DNA of 64,000 nucleotides from an uncultured Dialister sp. (GCA_964587685.1 CAZPLS010000001.1:14134-78133), one strand, 5' to 3'. Counted from the stretch's first letter, positions 26,437 to 37,386 are shown. Notes: generated from the letters alone by a model not told the origin. Numbers and translations: made by a program.

Positions 26437-27225
26437 CTACTTTCCATACATGGTCAGTACCTCATCGGTATAGCTTCCATCTTTTTTATGAACGATGAGC
26501 GGCGGCTCCACGATGACACCGGCATGGCCGCCGTACTTCCATTCACCGAGCACGCGCACCGCCGCCTCCCCTTCATGGCTGTACACGAACCGGAGCCGCT
26601 TTGCTTCCATGTGAAAGGAACGGCCCAGCGCCAGCAAATCCCCGATCCGGTCCGCCCGATGCACCATGGTGAGAAGGCCCCCGTACGTCAAAAGAAACGC
26701 GGCCGCACGAAACACATCCTCCAGGGACGCGGTCAGCTCATGGCAGGCCGACGCCACGGCCGCCTTCCCGCTGAGCGCGCCCCGGCCCACTTCCCGGTAC
26801 GGCGGATTGACTACAGCGGACGTAAAGGCACCGTGTCGAAACCATTGCTCCGGCCGGCAGTAATCCCCTTTCACAATACGGATGCGGTCCTCTCTGTGGT
26901 TCCCCACCGCATTCCGCCGCGCCAGGTCCGCCATCACCGGATTTTTTTCTATCCCCGTCACATCCTCCGCTCCGAACGCGGTGAGAAGCAGAGGAATAAC
27001 GCCCGTGCCCGTACCGAGATCCACTATGCGATCCCTTCGCCGCACCCGCACAAAGTGAGCCAGCAGCACCGAGTCAATGGAAAAGCAGAACTGGTCCGGC
27101 CTCTGAATGATGCGCATACCATCCCGCACCAGGTCATCCAGCCGCTCCCCGTCCTGCAGTTCAAAGTCCACTTGGTTTCCCCTTTGCATGAAATCCGTAC
27201 CCAAAAACGGCTTCCCTTCACTCAT
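26437..27225 (-). CDS. SAM-dependent methyltransferase, YabB / tRNA1(Val) m6A37 methyltransferase-like
   Basis: IVDLGTGTGVIPLLL SAM motif and VVNPPY N6-adenine methyltransferase motif. Start trimmed to MSEGKPF. Conserved yaaT-yabB-rsmI order. Confidence 0.75.
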   Translation of the reverse strand: MSEGKPFLGTDFMQRGNQVDFELQDGERLDDLVRDGMRIIQRPDQFCFSIDSVLLAHFVRVRRRDRIVDLGTGTGVIPLLLTAFGAEDVTGIEKNPVMADLARRNAVGNHREDRIRIVKGDYCRPEQWFRHGAFTSAVVNPPYREVGRGALSGKAAVASACHELTASLEDVFRAAAFLLTYGGLLTMVHRADRIGDLLALGRSFHMEAKRLRFVYSHEGEAAVRVLGEWKYGGHAGVIVEPPLIVHKKDGSYTDEVLTMYGK

Positions 27226-28069
27226 TGTCCTCGGAAGCAATATCATCCCAGGACAGAATGCGGGACTTTTGCCCCTCCAGCTGCACCTTTACGGTGCGGC
27301 GCTGGCTGTTCACATACACGATGACGCCATTGCCGTTATCAGTGAAGACCTTCATACCCACCCGCGGTGCCTGCATTTCTGCATGCCGTTTTTCTGCCAC
27401 CGCAATTTTCGGGCACTTCAATTCCCCCGATGTATAGAGGCTGTTTTCATAGCGAAGGCAGCACATGAGCCGCCCGCAGGCGCCGGAAATTTTTGTGGGG
27501 TTGAGGGACAGTCCCTGTGTCTTGGCCATTTTGATGGACACGGGGGCAAAATCACCCAGGAATGTGGCGCAGCACAAAGGCCGGCCGCAGGGGCCGATGC
27601 CGGACACCTGCTTCGCCTCATCTCGAACGCCCACCTGCCGGAGCTCAATGCGGGTGTGAAACACCGAGGCCAGCTCCTTCACCAGCTCGCGGAAATCCAC
27701 CCGTCCCTCCGCAGTAAAGAAGAACACAATCTTGCTCCTGTCAAAGGTATATTCCACGCGAAGCAATTTCATGGGGCATTTAAACTTTTCAATTTTTTTC
27801 AGACAAATCTCGAAGGCATCGGCTTCGCGCCTCCGGTTCCGCTCCATCTGCACGCGATCCTTCTCCGTGGCGATGCGGATGATGGGCTTCAATTCGCCGT
27901 CCTCTTCCTTTCGGTTCACCTCTCGCGGAAGGAGAACGACGTAGCCGTATTCCATGCCCCGGGCTGTTTCCACAATCACCCCGTCATCCAAATGCAGCTC
28001 AAGCCCATTGGGTGCAAAATCGTATATTTTCCCGGCTCGTTTGAACCGAATTCCTGCTGCTATATCCAT
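27218..28069 (-). CDS. ricT: PSP1 domain protein / stage 0 sporulation protein YaaT (RicT)
   Basis: GIRFKRAGKIYDF...GPCGRPLCCATFL...CGRLMCCLRYE motifs. Confidence 0.85.
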   Translation of the reverse strand: MDIAAGIRFKRAGKIYDFAPNGLELHLDDGVIVETARGMEYGYVVLLPREVNRKEEDGELKPIIRIATEKDRVQMERNRRREADAFEICLKKIEKFKCPMKLLRVEYTFDRSKIVFFFTAEGRVDFRELVKELASVFHTRIELRQVGVRDEAKQVSGIGPCGRPLCCATFLGDFAPVSIKMAKTQGLSLNPTKISGACGRLMCCLRYENSLYTSGELKCPKIAVAEKRHAEMQAPRVGMKVFTDNGNGVIVYVNSQRRTVKVQLEGQKSRILSWDDIASEDNE

Positions 28070-28091
28070 ATAATCATTCCTTTCGGACCGA

Positions 28092-29096
28092 TTACCCCTT
28101 CCGTATATGTATTAAAGATATCAAAACCATATCCCAAATGTTTTTTATTGAAATATATCTGCGATTGGCCGCCTCTGCCTGAGACAGCACCTGCAGGGCC
28201 GCCTCCGCGCGGCCATCCTTCCAGGCCGGAGCCAATCTCGTTTCTCTGTCCAGAAGTTGGCGGCACCGAACCAAATCGGGACGGTTGGCTTCCGCCAATA
28301 TCAAAAGGTCTCTTCCGATGAGAACCATCCAACGAAGCATGCGGCGGAATTCCTTTCGGTCCGCAGCGGCCTTATCCACCCCTTCTGAAAAAGGGATGTC
28401 ACTGTCCGTCAAACTCTCCCAGCACTGCATTGCCTCTTCCGGCTGGGACGTCCCGGACAAGCCGAGCATTTCCTTCGTCAGTCCCGGATTTCCTTCGGAC
28501 AGGAAAAACGCCTCATCCGCCTCTTCCTTTGTCTTGAATGGAAACAGGTCCGGCCTTGCCGCCGCAAGGGCATCGTACTCTTTTCGGGACAGCAGAAAAA
28601 AAGGAAACCGCTCGCCCCGGGAAACAATGGTTGGAAGGAGCGCATCCAGATCATGTGTAATAAGAATGAAATATACCTGTGCCGGCGGCTCTTCCAGCGT
28701 TTTCAGCATAATGTTGGCCGCAGCCGGCATCATCGTCTGCGCTTCATCAATGATGCACACATGAGGCGCATCGTCAAAAGACACCATGGCGTCAAGAAAC
28801 AGGCGGAACTGATCGATGCGAAGTTCCATCCCCGTCGGGCGAATATACCACACCCGGCCGCCGGCCGTCGTGAATACCGGCTCTTTCGCCGGCTGTGCCT
28901 CCGCGGTCCAGGCCGCCCCTTCCTCTGACACATCACAGCCGGTTAGCGTCCCGGCCAGGTCAAAGGCGGCGGTGGTTTTGCCCAGTCCTTCATCACCATA
29001 AAAAATCATAGTATGAGGCACGCGACCCTCTGCCAGGAGCTGGCTCATATCATTTTTCAGCCGTTCCTGTCCGTACAGATGAGGGAAAATTTCCAC
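28092..29096 (-). CDS. holB: DNA polymerase III subunit delta'
   Basis: RVPHTMIFYGDEGLGKTT Walker-like motif, IIDEAQTM, LKTLEEPP. Confidence 0.85.
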   Translation of the reverse strand: MEIFPHLYGQERLKNDMSQLLAEGRVPHTMIFYGDEGLGKTTAAFDLAGTLTGCDVSEEGAAWTAEAQPAKEPVFTTAGGRVWYIRPTGMELRIDQFRLFLDAMVSFDDAPHVCIIDEAQTMMPAAANIMLKTLEEPPAQVYFILITHDLDALLPTIVSRGERFPFFLLSRKEYDALAAARPDLFPFKTKEEADEAFFLSEGNPGLTKEMLGLSGTSQPEEAMQCWESLTDSDIPFSEGVDKAAADRKEFRRMLRWMVLIGRDLLILAEANRPDLVRCRQLLDRETRLAPAWKDGRAEAALQVLSQAEAANRRYISIKNIWDMVLISLIHIRKG

Positions 29097-29224
29097 AGGC
29101 GTACCTCCTTTTGCGCCAGAGCATAAAGCACCCTGCCGTAATATATGTATTTTATCATGGAGGAGTACAGTATGACAATTTTCGTCCGCTCATTCCATCT
29201 GCACCTGGTTCCGCTCTCCTTTCG

Positions 29225-29256
29225 CAGAAAAAGCACAGCCCCTTCCCTGTGCTTCT
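29225..29256 (-). terminator. intrinsic terminator after the HAD hydrolase gene
   Basis: AAGCACAG/CTGTGCTT stem followed by TTTTTCTG on the minus strand. Confidence 0.6.
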
Positions 29257-29263
29257 CTGCGAT

Positions 29264-30397
29264 TTATGGCAATAGATTTTCTATATCCGTCACCCGCGCC
29301 GCGCAGGGCACGTTTGCTGCTTCAAAAAGGGGCGCCGCCTTCTCGCCTTCCAGTCCGGTCAGGACCCCGATGCACCGCATGCCCGCCGCCGCAGCTCCCA
29401 GAATGTCCGAGCAGGAATCCCCGATGACGTACACCGCATCATCCCGACCGGGCTTTTTTTCTCCCCGCGCATAGGCGGTATAATTTTCCTTGTTCCTCCC
29501 GTACAGGGCACATTCATACAGAAAGGGATGGGGCTTGGTCAAATCAGAACAGCCCAGGCTCTGCTCGGCCTCCATCACGTCGCTCGCCGTGGCTATGAAG
29601 AAGGGATCAAATTCCTCATACCAGTGAAAGAGCCGGAACGGCACCTCCATCTCCAGGCGGGACCGGCCCGTGGCCACGGCGATATCCCAGCCCTTCTCCT
29701 TCAGACGCCGGAAGAGCTGCTTCACCGCCTCCTGTGGAGCGAGGGGAATTTCATTCTGGAGAAATCCCCCTTTTTCCCCGACCCAGGGCAGGCGGTGGTA
29801 CTGCTCAACAAACCCGTCATCGCCGAGGTACCAGGCCTGGAACGCTTCGGTATGCATGCGCCACAGGTCAGACGACAGCTTCGCCCATGGCGGCACCTCT
29901 CCAAAGGTTTTCTCCAAAACCTTCTCTATACAGGCAAAGACAGCGCTGCCCTGCCGATCTTCCGGAATGGTGCGCACCCAAGCCTGCAGAATGTCTTCCG
30001 CCTTCGGCAGGGGCAGTCCCATCACGGCCAGGCCGGCCTTCCGAAAATCCTCCTCCCGGTCAAACCGGAGAGACAGGACATCCCCGCCCGTGCGCTGCCG
30101 GTACTCCTCCCCCAAAAGCCAGAAGCAGGTGACAAGCCAGGCATGCACCATATCCCAGTTGGAATTAATACCCCTTCGCTTGAGCCACGCCAGAAGACGG
30201 TCCTGTCCCCATACGGCTGCCCGGATCGCTGCGGTCTGCCCGTCGGTCACTGCCGACGCGTCAAAGTCCTCCCGCTCCGAGGGAAGGCCCATGTACCTGC
30301 GCCCATAGAGAATCTCCCACACTGTCAGGGCGGATACATCATAGTACCGCTCCTCGCTGAGAAGCACGCCGTCCACGTCAAATATAACCTTTTTCAT
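29264..30397 (-). CDS. HAD-superfamily hydrolase with large cap insertion
   Basis: Start trimmed to MKKVIFDVDGVLL (DxDGV motif I) behind GGAGGAA. C-terminal YVIGDSCSD motif. Confidence 0.7.
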   Translation of the reverse strand: MKKVIFDVDGVLLSEERYYDVSALTVWEILYGRRYMGLPSEREDFDASAVTDGQTAAIRAAVWGQDRLLAWLKRRGINSNWDMVHAWLVTCFWLLGEEYRQRTGGDVLSLRFDREEDFRKAGLAVMGLPLPKAEDILQAWVRTIPEDRQGSAVFACIEKVLEKTFGEVPPWAKLSSDLWRMHTEAFQAWYLGDDGFVEQYHRLPWVGEKGGFLQNEIPLAPQEAVKQLFRRLKEKGWDIAVATGRSRLEMEVPFRLFHWYEEFDPFFIATASDVMEAEQSLGCSDLTKPHPFLYECALYGRNKENYTAYARGEKKPGRDDAVYVIGDSCSDILGAAAAGMRCIGVLTGLEGEKAAPLFEAANVPCAARVTDIENLLP

Positions 30398-30470
30398 TGG
30401 TTCCTCCGCCCTTTTTTCTGCCCTGCAGGCCCTCTGATAAAAAGCAGGCGCTTTCCCGCGCCCGCTCCTG

Positions 30471-31406
30471 TCATGCATCCAGCAGGTAATCCTTCGCCAT
30501 CCAGCGGCGAGTGGATGTGAAATTGATCGTCAGCCATTTCTGGGAAGACGGATAGCCAATCGCCCGGTCAATGTCGTCCCGAATGGCATCCTGGTCCGCC
30601 ACGGTCATGGTGTGGCGGCTGTGGTCCACCAGAATATCTATTTCTATTATTTTAGCACGGCCGTATTGCTGCACGCTCGATACGTAATCCACAAATCCAT
30701 ACCGGGCCATGCTGTCATCCATGACGCGCTGCACCTGCTCGTGAAGCTCCTCCGGCGCCATGCCCAGAATTTGCCGGAACGACGGCTGCAAAATCCGCAA
30801 GGCCGGACGAATCATATGAAACGACAGGGCCAGCATAATCAGTGGATCCGCATACCGGCTCCATTCCGCATAGGCGGTTTGTTCCAGTCCCCAGGCAATG
30901 CCGAAGGAGAGGAGCAGCCCCGCCGCAAGCATCATATCCACATACCAGCTTACATTGTCAAAATGAACCAGGTTCGACTGAAGCCTGCGGTTTTGCCGCT
31001 TCAGGTAAAAATAAAAGGATGCCGCCATGACCGCAAAGAAGAGGGCAAAGTACACCGCAAGGCCGAAATCCATGGCCCGCCCGCCTTCCATCAGCCCCTT
31101 CAGGCCTGCCGCAGCGGCCACAAGGACCACCAGCAGCGTGAGGGCGCCTTCCGCACAAAGCACCAGCGGCTCGAGCTGCCAATAGCCGAACTGAAAGCGC
31201 CGGCTCGTTTCTTTTGCTATCAGTCTGGATGTAAGCAGCATGAGCAGCTTGATGATCACAGCCACAGCGGAAAAAATACCATCCGTTAAAATGGCCTGAG
31301 AGCCGCTCAGCAGCCCTGTGGCAATACCGGCACATCCAACGATGGCCATAACGGCCGCAGAATATATGAGGAGCTGCTGCTCCCGTTTCTGAAATATGGT
31401 TTGCAT
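30471..31406 (-). CDS. cation diffusion facilitator (CDF) family transporter
   Basis: Six predicted TM helices plus a C-terminal cytoplasmic domain. ATG at 31406 behind GGAGG (the track starts at an upstream TTG). Confidence 0.85.
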   Translation of the reverse strand: MQTIFQKREQQLLIYSAAVMAIVGCAGIATGLLSGSQAILTDGIFSAVAVIIKLLMLLTSRLIAKETSRRFQFGYWQLEPLVLCAEGALTLLVVLVAAAAGLKGLMEGGRAMDFGLAVYFALFFAVMAASFYFYLKRQNRRLQSNLVHFDNVSWYVDMMLAAGLLLSFGIAWGLEQTAYAEWSRYADPLIMLALSFHMIRPALRILQPSFRQILGMAPEELHEQVQRVMDDSMARYGFVDYVSSVQQYGRAKIIEIDILVDHSRHTMTVADQDAIRDDIDRAIGYPSSQKWLTINFTSTRRWMAKDYLLDA

Positions 31407-31652
31407 AGTAGCCTCCAATATCTGTCTGTTTCAAACATTTCCCGATTCCCTGTATGTTCCGTCCTTTGTGTTTTCCTGTTTTACAGATTTGATGGCTCCT
31501 TCTCCCTTCCTGCTGTGGCGCTTCGTTTTCTTCTGCCGAAAAGAATATATTGTATGCTCAGTTTAATTCTACAATATTTTCCAATTCCATACAACTCGCC
31601 CCACTTCAGGCCTGATTTTTGCCATTTTCAAAGCAGCAAATTCCCATATGCA

Positions 31653-32339
31653 TCAAAAAATCCGGTCCTGATGCCCTGCCTCCTTTTTATTTCCCTTTTT
31701 CCGGTCCCGCACTTCCATTTCCCTGAGCACATCGGTGAAAGATACCCCCGCATTTTCCCAGAGGACAAAAAGATGGTACAGCAAGTCGCAGGACTCGCTC
31801 ACAATCTCCTTCCGGTCCCCGTGCTGGTCCGCGATGATCACCTCCGCCGCTTCCTCTCCTATTTTTTTGTCAATCTTATTTTTCCCTTCCGCCTGAAGGT
31901 AATTGGTGTAGGATTTTTCCACGGGACAGTCCCGGCGCTCTTTAATTTCCTCGTAGAGCTGCCAGAGGATGCGCAAGCTCCCCGTCTCCTCCAATCCGCC
32001 CTGCCACTCCGCCAGCGGCCGGTAAAAGCAGGACCGGTGCCCGGTATGGCAGGCCGGCCCGTCCGGCACGGCCTCCACCACGAGCGTATCTCTGTCGCAA
32101 TCCACAAGGATGCGGCGCACGTGCTGGAAATGACCGGATTCCTCGCCCTTGTGCCAAAGCTTTTGCCGGGACCGGCTGTAAAACCAGGTTTCCCCGCTCT
32201 CTATGGTTTTGGCAAGAGATTCCCGATTCATGTAGGCCATCATGAGCACCTCGCCCGTGCGCGCGTCCTGCACCACCGCCGGAATGAGCCCCTTCTCATC
32301 AAACGCAAGCGTTTCCATTGAAACCGATTCCATTGCCAT
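31653..32339 (-). CDS. hisIE: bifunctional phosphoribosyl-AMP cyclohydrolase / phosphoribosyl-ATP diphosphatase
   Basis: [21 protein letters not shown]...CHTGHRSCF (HisI part) and the C-terminal HisE helix bundle. Confidence 0.9.
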   Translation of the reverse strand: MAMESVSMETLAFDEKGLIPAVVQDARTGEVLMMAYMNRESLAKTIESGETWFYSRSRQKLWHKGEESGHFQHVRRILVDCDRDTLVVEAVPDGPACHTGHRSCFYRPLAEWQGGLEETGSLRILWQLYEEIKERRDCPVEKSYTNYLQAEGKNKIDKKIGEEAAEVIIADQHGDRKEIVSESCDLLYHLFVLWENAGVSFTDVLREMEVRDRKKGNKKEAGHQDRIF

Positions 32340-32344
32340 CCCCC

Positions 32345-33103
32345 TTACAGCCGCACAGGCACGCCTTCCTCCGCCAGGTACTTCTTGAGCCCGGCGATGG
32401 GAATGGTGCCGAAATGAAACACAGAAGCAGCCAGCGCCGCATCCGCCCCTGCATGAAACACGTCGAGGAAATCCTTCTTTTTCCCCGCGCCGCCCGATGC
32501 AATAATCGGGATGGACAATGTTTCTGCCAGAATCCGATTCAGCACCAGGTCATAGCCGGACACCTCGCCGTCTGCATCCATGGAATTCATACAGATTTCG
32601 CCCGCTCCAAGGGCTTCGCCCTTCTTTGCCCAGGCCACCGCATCGAGACCGGTATTTCTGCGGCCCCCTTCCACATACACATCCCAGCCGCCACGGCCAT
32701 TCCGCTTCGCATCGATGGACAAGACCACGCACTGACTGCCAAACCGCTCCGCCGCCTCGCTGATAAGGCCGGGGTTGGCCACCGCGGCGGAATTGACGGA
32801 CACTTTGTCCGCGCCGGCGAGCAGCATGTCCCGAAAATCATCGGCACTGCGGATGCCGCCGCCCACAGTGAAGGGAATGGTGAGCTCTGCCCCCACTGCC
32901 TTCACTACATCCACAAACAGGGCGCGCTGCTCATGGGTGGCGGTAATATCGTAAAAGACAAGCTCGTCGGCGCCGCTATCCGAGTACCATTTACCCAATT
33001 TCACCGGGTCATCCACATCGCGCAGATTCTGAAACTGTTTCCCCTTCACCACCCGTCCGTGATTCACATCCAGGCAGGGAATAATTCGTTTTGCCAGCAT
33101 CAT
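32345..33103 (-). CDS. hisF: imidazole glycerol phosphate synthase cyclase subunit
   Basis: [11 protein letters not shown]...[12 protein letters not shown]...ASGGAG motifs. Confidence 0.95.
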   Translation of the reverse strand: MMLAKRIIPCLDVNHGRVVKGKQFQNLRDVDDPVKLGKWYSDSGADELVFYDITATHEQRALFVDVVKAVGAELTIPFTVGGGIRSADDFRDMLLAGADKVSVNSAAVANPGLISEAAERFGSQCVVLSIDAKRNGRGGWDVYVEGGRRNTGLDAVAWAKKGEALGAGEICMNSMDADGEVSGYDLVLNRILAETLSIPIIASGGAGKKKDFLDVFHAGADAALAASVFHFGTIPIAGLKKYLAEEGVPVRL

Positions 33104-33819
33104 GCCTCCTGTATTTTCCGAATATCCTTCATGGTAATCGCGCCCTCATAGAGAGCCTTCCCGCAAATTGCTCCGTACAGCCCCATGACGGAGAGGCGTT
33201 CCAGATCCGCCGGACAGGACATGCCCCCCGAGGCGATGAGAGAAATGCCCGGTATGGCATTGAGCGCCCCCAGCATGTCAAAATTCGGGCCGGTGAGCAT
33301 GCCGTCTCTGGAAATATCCGTGTAAATGATGACCGATACGCCCTGCCGCACCAGCTCCTCCGCAAAGGGAATCACTTCCCTGGAGGTGCTGTCCGTCCAT
33401 CCGTGAGAGGCAGCGCGGCTGCCCTTCGCATCAATGGAAACGGCAATATGGTCTGCCCCGAAACGCTGCACCATGGCCGGCGCCAGTTCGGGATGCTCAA
33501 TCGCCGCGGACCCGAGGATCACCCGGCGGGCGCCAAGGGCCAGGTATTCCTCCACCGCCTCTGCCGTGCGGATGCCGCCGCCCACCTCAACAGGAATGGT
33601 CACGGCCCGGCACACCGCCTTCACGGCGGACCGATTAACCCCAATGCCGCTAAAGGCGCCGTCCAGATCTACCAGGTGAAGGTACTTTGCCCCCTCTCGT
33701 TCCCACCGGAGGGCCATCTCTGCCGGATCCTGACCATAGACCGTCACATCGTCCGCCTTCCCCTGACGGAGACGCACGCATTGCCCATTTTTTATATCAA
33801 TGGCTGGAAATACAATCAT
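33100..33819 (-). CDS. hisA: 1-(5-phosphoribosyl)-5-[(5-phosphoribosylamino)methylideneamino]imidazole-4-carboxamide isomerase
   Basis: Start trimmed to [17 protein letters not shown], a 4-nt overlap with hisH. VGGGIR and ASGG motifs. Confidence 0.9.
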   Translation of the reverse strand: MIVFPAIDIKNGQCVRLRQGKADDVTVYGQDPAEMALRWEREGAKYLHLVDLDGAFSGIGVNRSAVKAVCRAVTIPVEVGGGIRTAEAVEEYLALGARRVILGSAAIEHPELAPAMVQRFGADHIAVSIDAKGSRAASHGWTDSTSREVIPFAEELVRQGVSVIIYTDISRDGMLTGPNFDMLGALNAIPGISLIASGGMSCPADLERLSVMGLYGAICGKALYEGAITMKDIRKIQEA

Positions 33820-34442
33820 AGCAAGCCCCCGCTGAACCAATCTGAAATATTGCGCCACATCTGCGCCCCCACCTCACCGGATTTTTCCGGATGGAACTGG
33901 AGTCCCACCACATTGTCCCTGCCAATAATGGCAGGAACAGCGCGGCCGTAATCCGCACAGGCGATGACGTCGTCCGTATCCGCCGGCGACTTGTAATAGG
34001 AATGAACGAAGTACACGTACGGATGAGGCGGAAGTCCTCTGCCGATCCAGTGGCTTCTCCGAAACACCAGCTCATTCCATCCCATGTGAGGCACCTTCAG
34101 CGCCCCCTCGGGAAAGCGCACCACCTCGCCAGGAATCAGCCCCAACCCGGCCACGCGCCCCCCTTCCTCTGACACGTCGCAGAACGCCTGCATGCCGAGG
34201 CAGATGCCCACGATTTTTTTCCCTCCTGCTGCTTCCTCCCGGATGAGCTCCGCCAGTCCGTAAGCATTCAGATGATTCATTGCGTCTTTCATCGCTCCCA
34301 CCCCCGGCAGGATGAGCGCATCCGCCCTGCGAATCTGTTCCGCGCTCCGGGTGATTTCACAGTCAATACCCGCCCGGCACGCCGCGCGATACACATTCGC
34401 CAGGTTTCCCGCATCATAGTCGATAATCGCCGCTTTCATCAA
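33816..34442 (-). CDS. hisH: imidazole glycerol phosphate synthase glutamine amidotransferase subunit
   Basis: IIDYDAGNL...GICLGMQ...QFHPEKS triad motifs. Confidence 0.9.
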   Translation of the reverse strand: MMKAAIIDYDAGNLANVYRAACRAGIDCEITRSAEQIRRADALILPGVGAMKDAMNHLNAYGLAELIREEAAGGKKIVGICLGMQAFCDVSEEGGRVAGLGLIPGEVVRFPEGALKVPHMGWNELVFRRSHWIGRGLPPHPYVYFVHSYYKSPADTDDVIACADYGRAVPAIIGRDNVVGLQFHPEKSGEVGAQMWRNISDWFSGGLL

Positions 34443-35020
34443 AGCACCCCCTTGGAGGACAGCACGGTCTCTTCGCCCCGGAATGATACCGCTTCCGCCA
34501 GGGCATGACCCAGACCCTTGAACAGGGATTCTACAATATGATGGCCGTTCACGCCATAGAGAAGCGCCATGTGCAGGTTCATTTCTCCGTGCATGGCAAA
34601 GGCCAGGAAAAACTCTCTCGTCATTTCCGTTTCAAACGTACCGATGCGCTCCACCGGAATGGGGGCGTCATATACGAAGTAAGGCCGCCCGGACAAATCC
34701 ACCACCACCCGGGAGAGTGCCTCGTCCATGGGGCAGAAAAAGCACCCGTACCGCCGAATGCCCCGCTTATCCCCCAGGGCGGCGGCAAAGGCTTTGCCCA
34801 GGGCGATGCCGATATCCTCTACGGTATGGTGATTGTCCACCTCGAGATCCCCCTTCGCTTCCAGGGTGAGGGAAAACCCGCCGTGCACCGCCAGGAGCGT
34901 CAGCATGTGGTCAAAGAAGCCTATACCGCTGGTTCCGGTAAACATGCCCTTTCCATCCAGACAAAGGCCGATGCGGATCTGCGTCTCCGCGGTACGTCTC
35001 TCAATCTCAGCACTTCGCAT
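34439..35020 (-). CDS. hisB: imidazoleglycerol-phosphate dehydratase
   Basis: RRTAETQI...GFFDHML...DNHHTVEDIGIALG...GVNGHHIVES motifs. Confidence 0.9.
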   Translation of the reverse strand: MRSAEIERRTAETQIRIGLCLDGKGMFTGTSGIGFFDHMLTLLAVHGGFSLTLEAKGDLEVDNHHTVEDIGIALGKAFAAALGDKRGIRRYGCFFCPMDEALSRVVVDLSGRPYFVYDAPIPVERIGTFETEMTREFFLAFAMHGEMNLHMALLYGVNGHHIVESLFKGLGHALAEAVSFRGEETVLSSKGVL

Positions 35021-36092
35021 GCCCCATCACCTCCTGCAGAACCCGCAGCACCTCATCATTGGTTTCCGCCGCTGTCACCGTAATTCGAAACGCCCCGGGA
35101 AGTAAGGGATTCCCCACATAACGCTTCACCAGGATGCCTGCCCGGCGCCAGGCTTCAAAAAGAATCTCCGCTGCCTCTGGCGCCGCCTGCATAAGGAGAA
35201 AATTGGTCCTTGAGGGGTACACCGTCACGCCGGGAATACCCTTCATGGCGTTATACATCCGTTCCCGCTCGGCTACAATGCCATCCCGGACAGAGTCTAT
35301 GTACGAACGCCGACGAAGAGCGATTTCTGCAATTCCCTGGGTAAGGGAATTCAGATTGTACGGATTCTTTACCTTTGCTGCTTCTCTGATGAGCGCCCGC
35401 TCCGCCAGTATATAGCCGCACCGGAGCCCGGCCAGGCCGAAGGCTTTGGATAAGGTTCTCAGAACGATAAGGTTCGGGTATTGGCCAATCAGAGACACGG
35501 CGCTCTCTTCCCCGGCAAACTCCATGTACGCTTCGTCCACGAAGACCAGATTGTCTGCTGCCTTCAGGCACTCTTCTATGAAGGACTGGGGCAACAGCTC
35601 TCCCGTGGGATTGTTCGGGTTGCACAGAAAGGTCAGTTTTGGCTGTTCCCTGTAAATGGCAGAAAGAAGCCCTTCCCGATCCCGCCGTCCCAGGGGCGCA
35701 TCGGGCACCTTTTCAACCCTTGCTCCCAGAAGTCTGGCTCCCACCTCGTACATGTCAAAGGTGGGGGCATGCATCAGCACCAGGTCTCCTTCATTAAGGA
35801 AGGTATGGAGGACGCAGGTAATCATTTCGTCGCCGCCGCTGCCCGCCAGTATTTCATCAGGCGCTACACCCATGTACTCTGCCAGCACCTTCCTCAGGGA
35901 ATCGGCGAGCGGGCGAGGATACACCTGCGGCTGATAACGGGCCAGCAAGTCCTCCACATCATGACGAATCGCCGGCACCGACAAGATATTGAAATAATTT
36001 TCATTCGCATTGATCACCCGCGCTTCATTGGCTGGCGCGGCCTCGTAGGGCGCAAATTCCCTCACCTCCCGGCGGAGCCATTCAGTCTTCAT
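35007..36092 (-). CDS. hisC: histidinol-phosphate aminotransferase
   Basis: Class-II aminotransferase with the PLP lysine in TLSKAFGLAGLRCGY. Start trimmed to MKTEWLRREV. Confidence 0.85.
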   Translation of the reverse strand: MKTEWLRREVREFAPYEAAPANEARVINANENYFNILSVPAIRHDVEDLLARYQPQVYPRPLADSLRKVLAEYMGVAPDEILAGSGGDEMITCVLHTFLNEGDLVLMHAPTFDMYEVGARLLGARVEKVPDAPLGRRDREGLLSAIYREQPKLTFLCNPNNPTGELLPQSFIEECLKAADNLVFVDEAYMEFAGEESAVSLIGQYPNLIVLRTLSKAFGLAGLRCGYILAERALIREAAKVKNPYNLNSLTQGIAEIALRRRSYIDSVRDGIVAERERMYNAMKGIPGVTVYPSRTNFLLMQAAPEAAEILFEAWRRAGILVKRYVGNPLLPGAFRITVTAAETNDEVLRVLQEVMGHAKC

Positions 36093-37371
36093 CGCGCACC
36101 TCCATGGCCCGGGCGTGTCCATCCAGTCCTTCCGCTCTGGCAAAGAGCTGCACCTTTTTGGAAATAGTCCGGAAGGCTTCCCTGGTATAGCACTCCACGC
36201 TGCTGTGCTTTACGAAGTCATACACTCCCAGCGGCGAGGAAAAGGCCGCCGTCCCCGATGTGGGCAGGGTGTGATTCGGGCCCGCCATGTAGTCTCCAAT
36301 GGGCTCGGAGGTGTATTCTCCCAGGAATATGGCGCCCGCATTTTGTACGAGGGGCAGGTACTGCTCGGGCTCAGGGAGGGCGATTTCCAGGTGCTCCGGT
36401 GCAATTTTATTCACCACATCAAAGCACTGCGCTGCGGTTCCGCACAGAAAAACCTTCGCATAATCGCCCACAGAATTCCGGATGATTTCGTACCGCGGAA
36501 GCCCCTTCATCTGCTTGTTCATTTCCGCCTCCACCGCCCGGCCAAAGTCCGCGTCCGTCGTCACCAGGAACACCGCAGCCCGGGGGTCGTGCTCCGCCTG
36601 GGACAGCAGGTCTGCCGCCACCCATTCCGGATTGGCCCGCCCATCGGCTACGCAGCATACCTCCGACGGACCGGCAATCATATCAATCCCCACAGTGCCG
36701 TACACCAGGCGCTTGGCCATGGCCACGAAGGCATTGCCCGGTCCGGCGATTTTAAACACCGGCTCCACCGTTTCTGTCCCATAGGCAAGCATGGCAATGG
36801 CCTGCGCGCCCCCTGCCTTGTAAATCTCCCGGACGCCTGCCACATGGGCCGCCGCCAGAATGTAGGGATTGATTTTGCCGTCCTTTCCCGGCGGTGTGGT
36901 CATAGCGATGGACGGACAGCCGGCCACCACGGCCGGCACCGTATCCATGAGCACCGTGGAGGGATAGGCCGCGCGCCCGCCGGGAACGTACACGCCCACC
37001 CGCCAGATGGGCTCATACTTTTCTCCCAGCCTCACCCCGGGCCGGAACTCCTTTATCCACGATTCCCTGACCTGCTCCCGGTGGTACATTTCTATGTTTT
37101 CTTTCGCTTCCTGCAGCACCGCCATGAACGCATCGCCCACAGAGGCAACGGCTTCTTCTATTTCCGCCTCCGTCACGCGAAGGTCCGTAAGCTCCGCCCC
37201 GTCAAACTGCTTCGTGAGACGCTTCACCGCCTCATCGCCATTCTGACGTACATCCTCCAGGATGGCCTTGGCAGCCTGCTCCACCTCGGCGGACAGATTG
37301 GCCTGCCGATTGGTCATCCGCCTGATCTCTCGCAAAGAGAATCCTTCCTCCGGCACCTCTATCCATTCCAT
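36082..37371 (-). CDS. hisD: histidinol dehydrogenase
   Basis: 429 aa. Motifs VYVPGGRAAYPSTVLM, GPSEV, QAEHDP. Confidence 0.9.
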   Translation of the reverse strand: MEWIEVPEEGFSLREIRRMTNRQANLSAEVEQAAKAILEDVRQNGDEAVKRLTKQFDGAELTDLRVTEAEIEEAVASVGDAFMAVLQEAKENIEMYHREQVRESWIKEFRPGVRLGEKYEPIWRVGVYVPGGRAAYPSTVLMDTVPAVVAGCPSIAMTTPPGKDGKINPYILAAAHVAGVREIYKAGGAQAIAMLAYGTETVEPVFKIAGPGNAFVAMAKRLVYGTVGIDMIAGPSEVCCVADGRANPEWVAADLLSQAEHDPRAAVFLVTTDADFGRAVEAEMNKQMKGLPRYEIIRNSVGDYAKVFLCGTAAQCFDVVNKIAPEHLEIALPEPEQYLPLVQNAGAIFLGEYTSEPIGDYMAGPNHTLPTSGTAAFSSPLGVYDFVKHSSVECYTREAFRTISKKVQLFARAEGLDGHARAMEVRDED

Positions 37372-37386
37372 ATGCCTACCTCTTTT

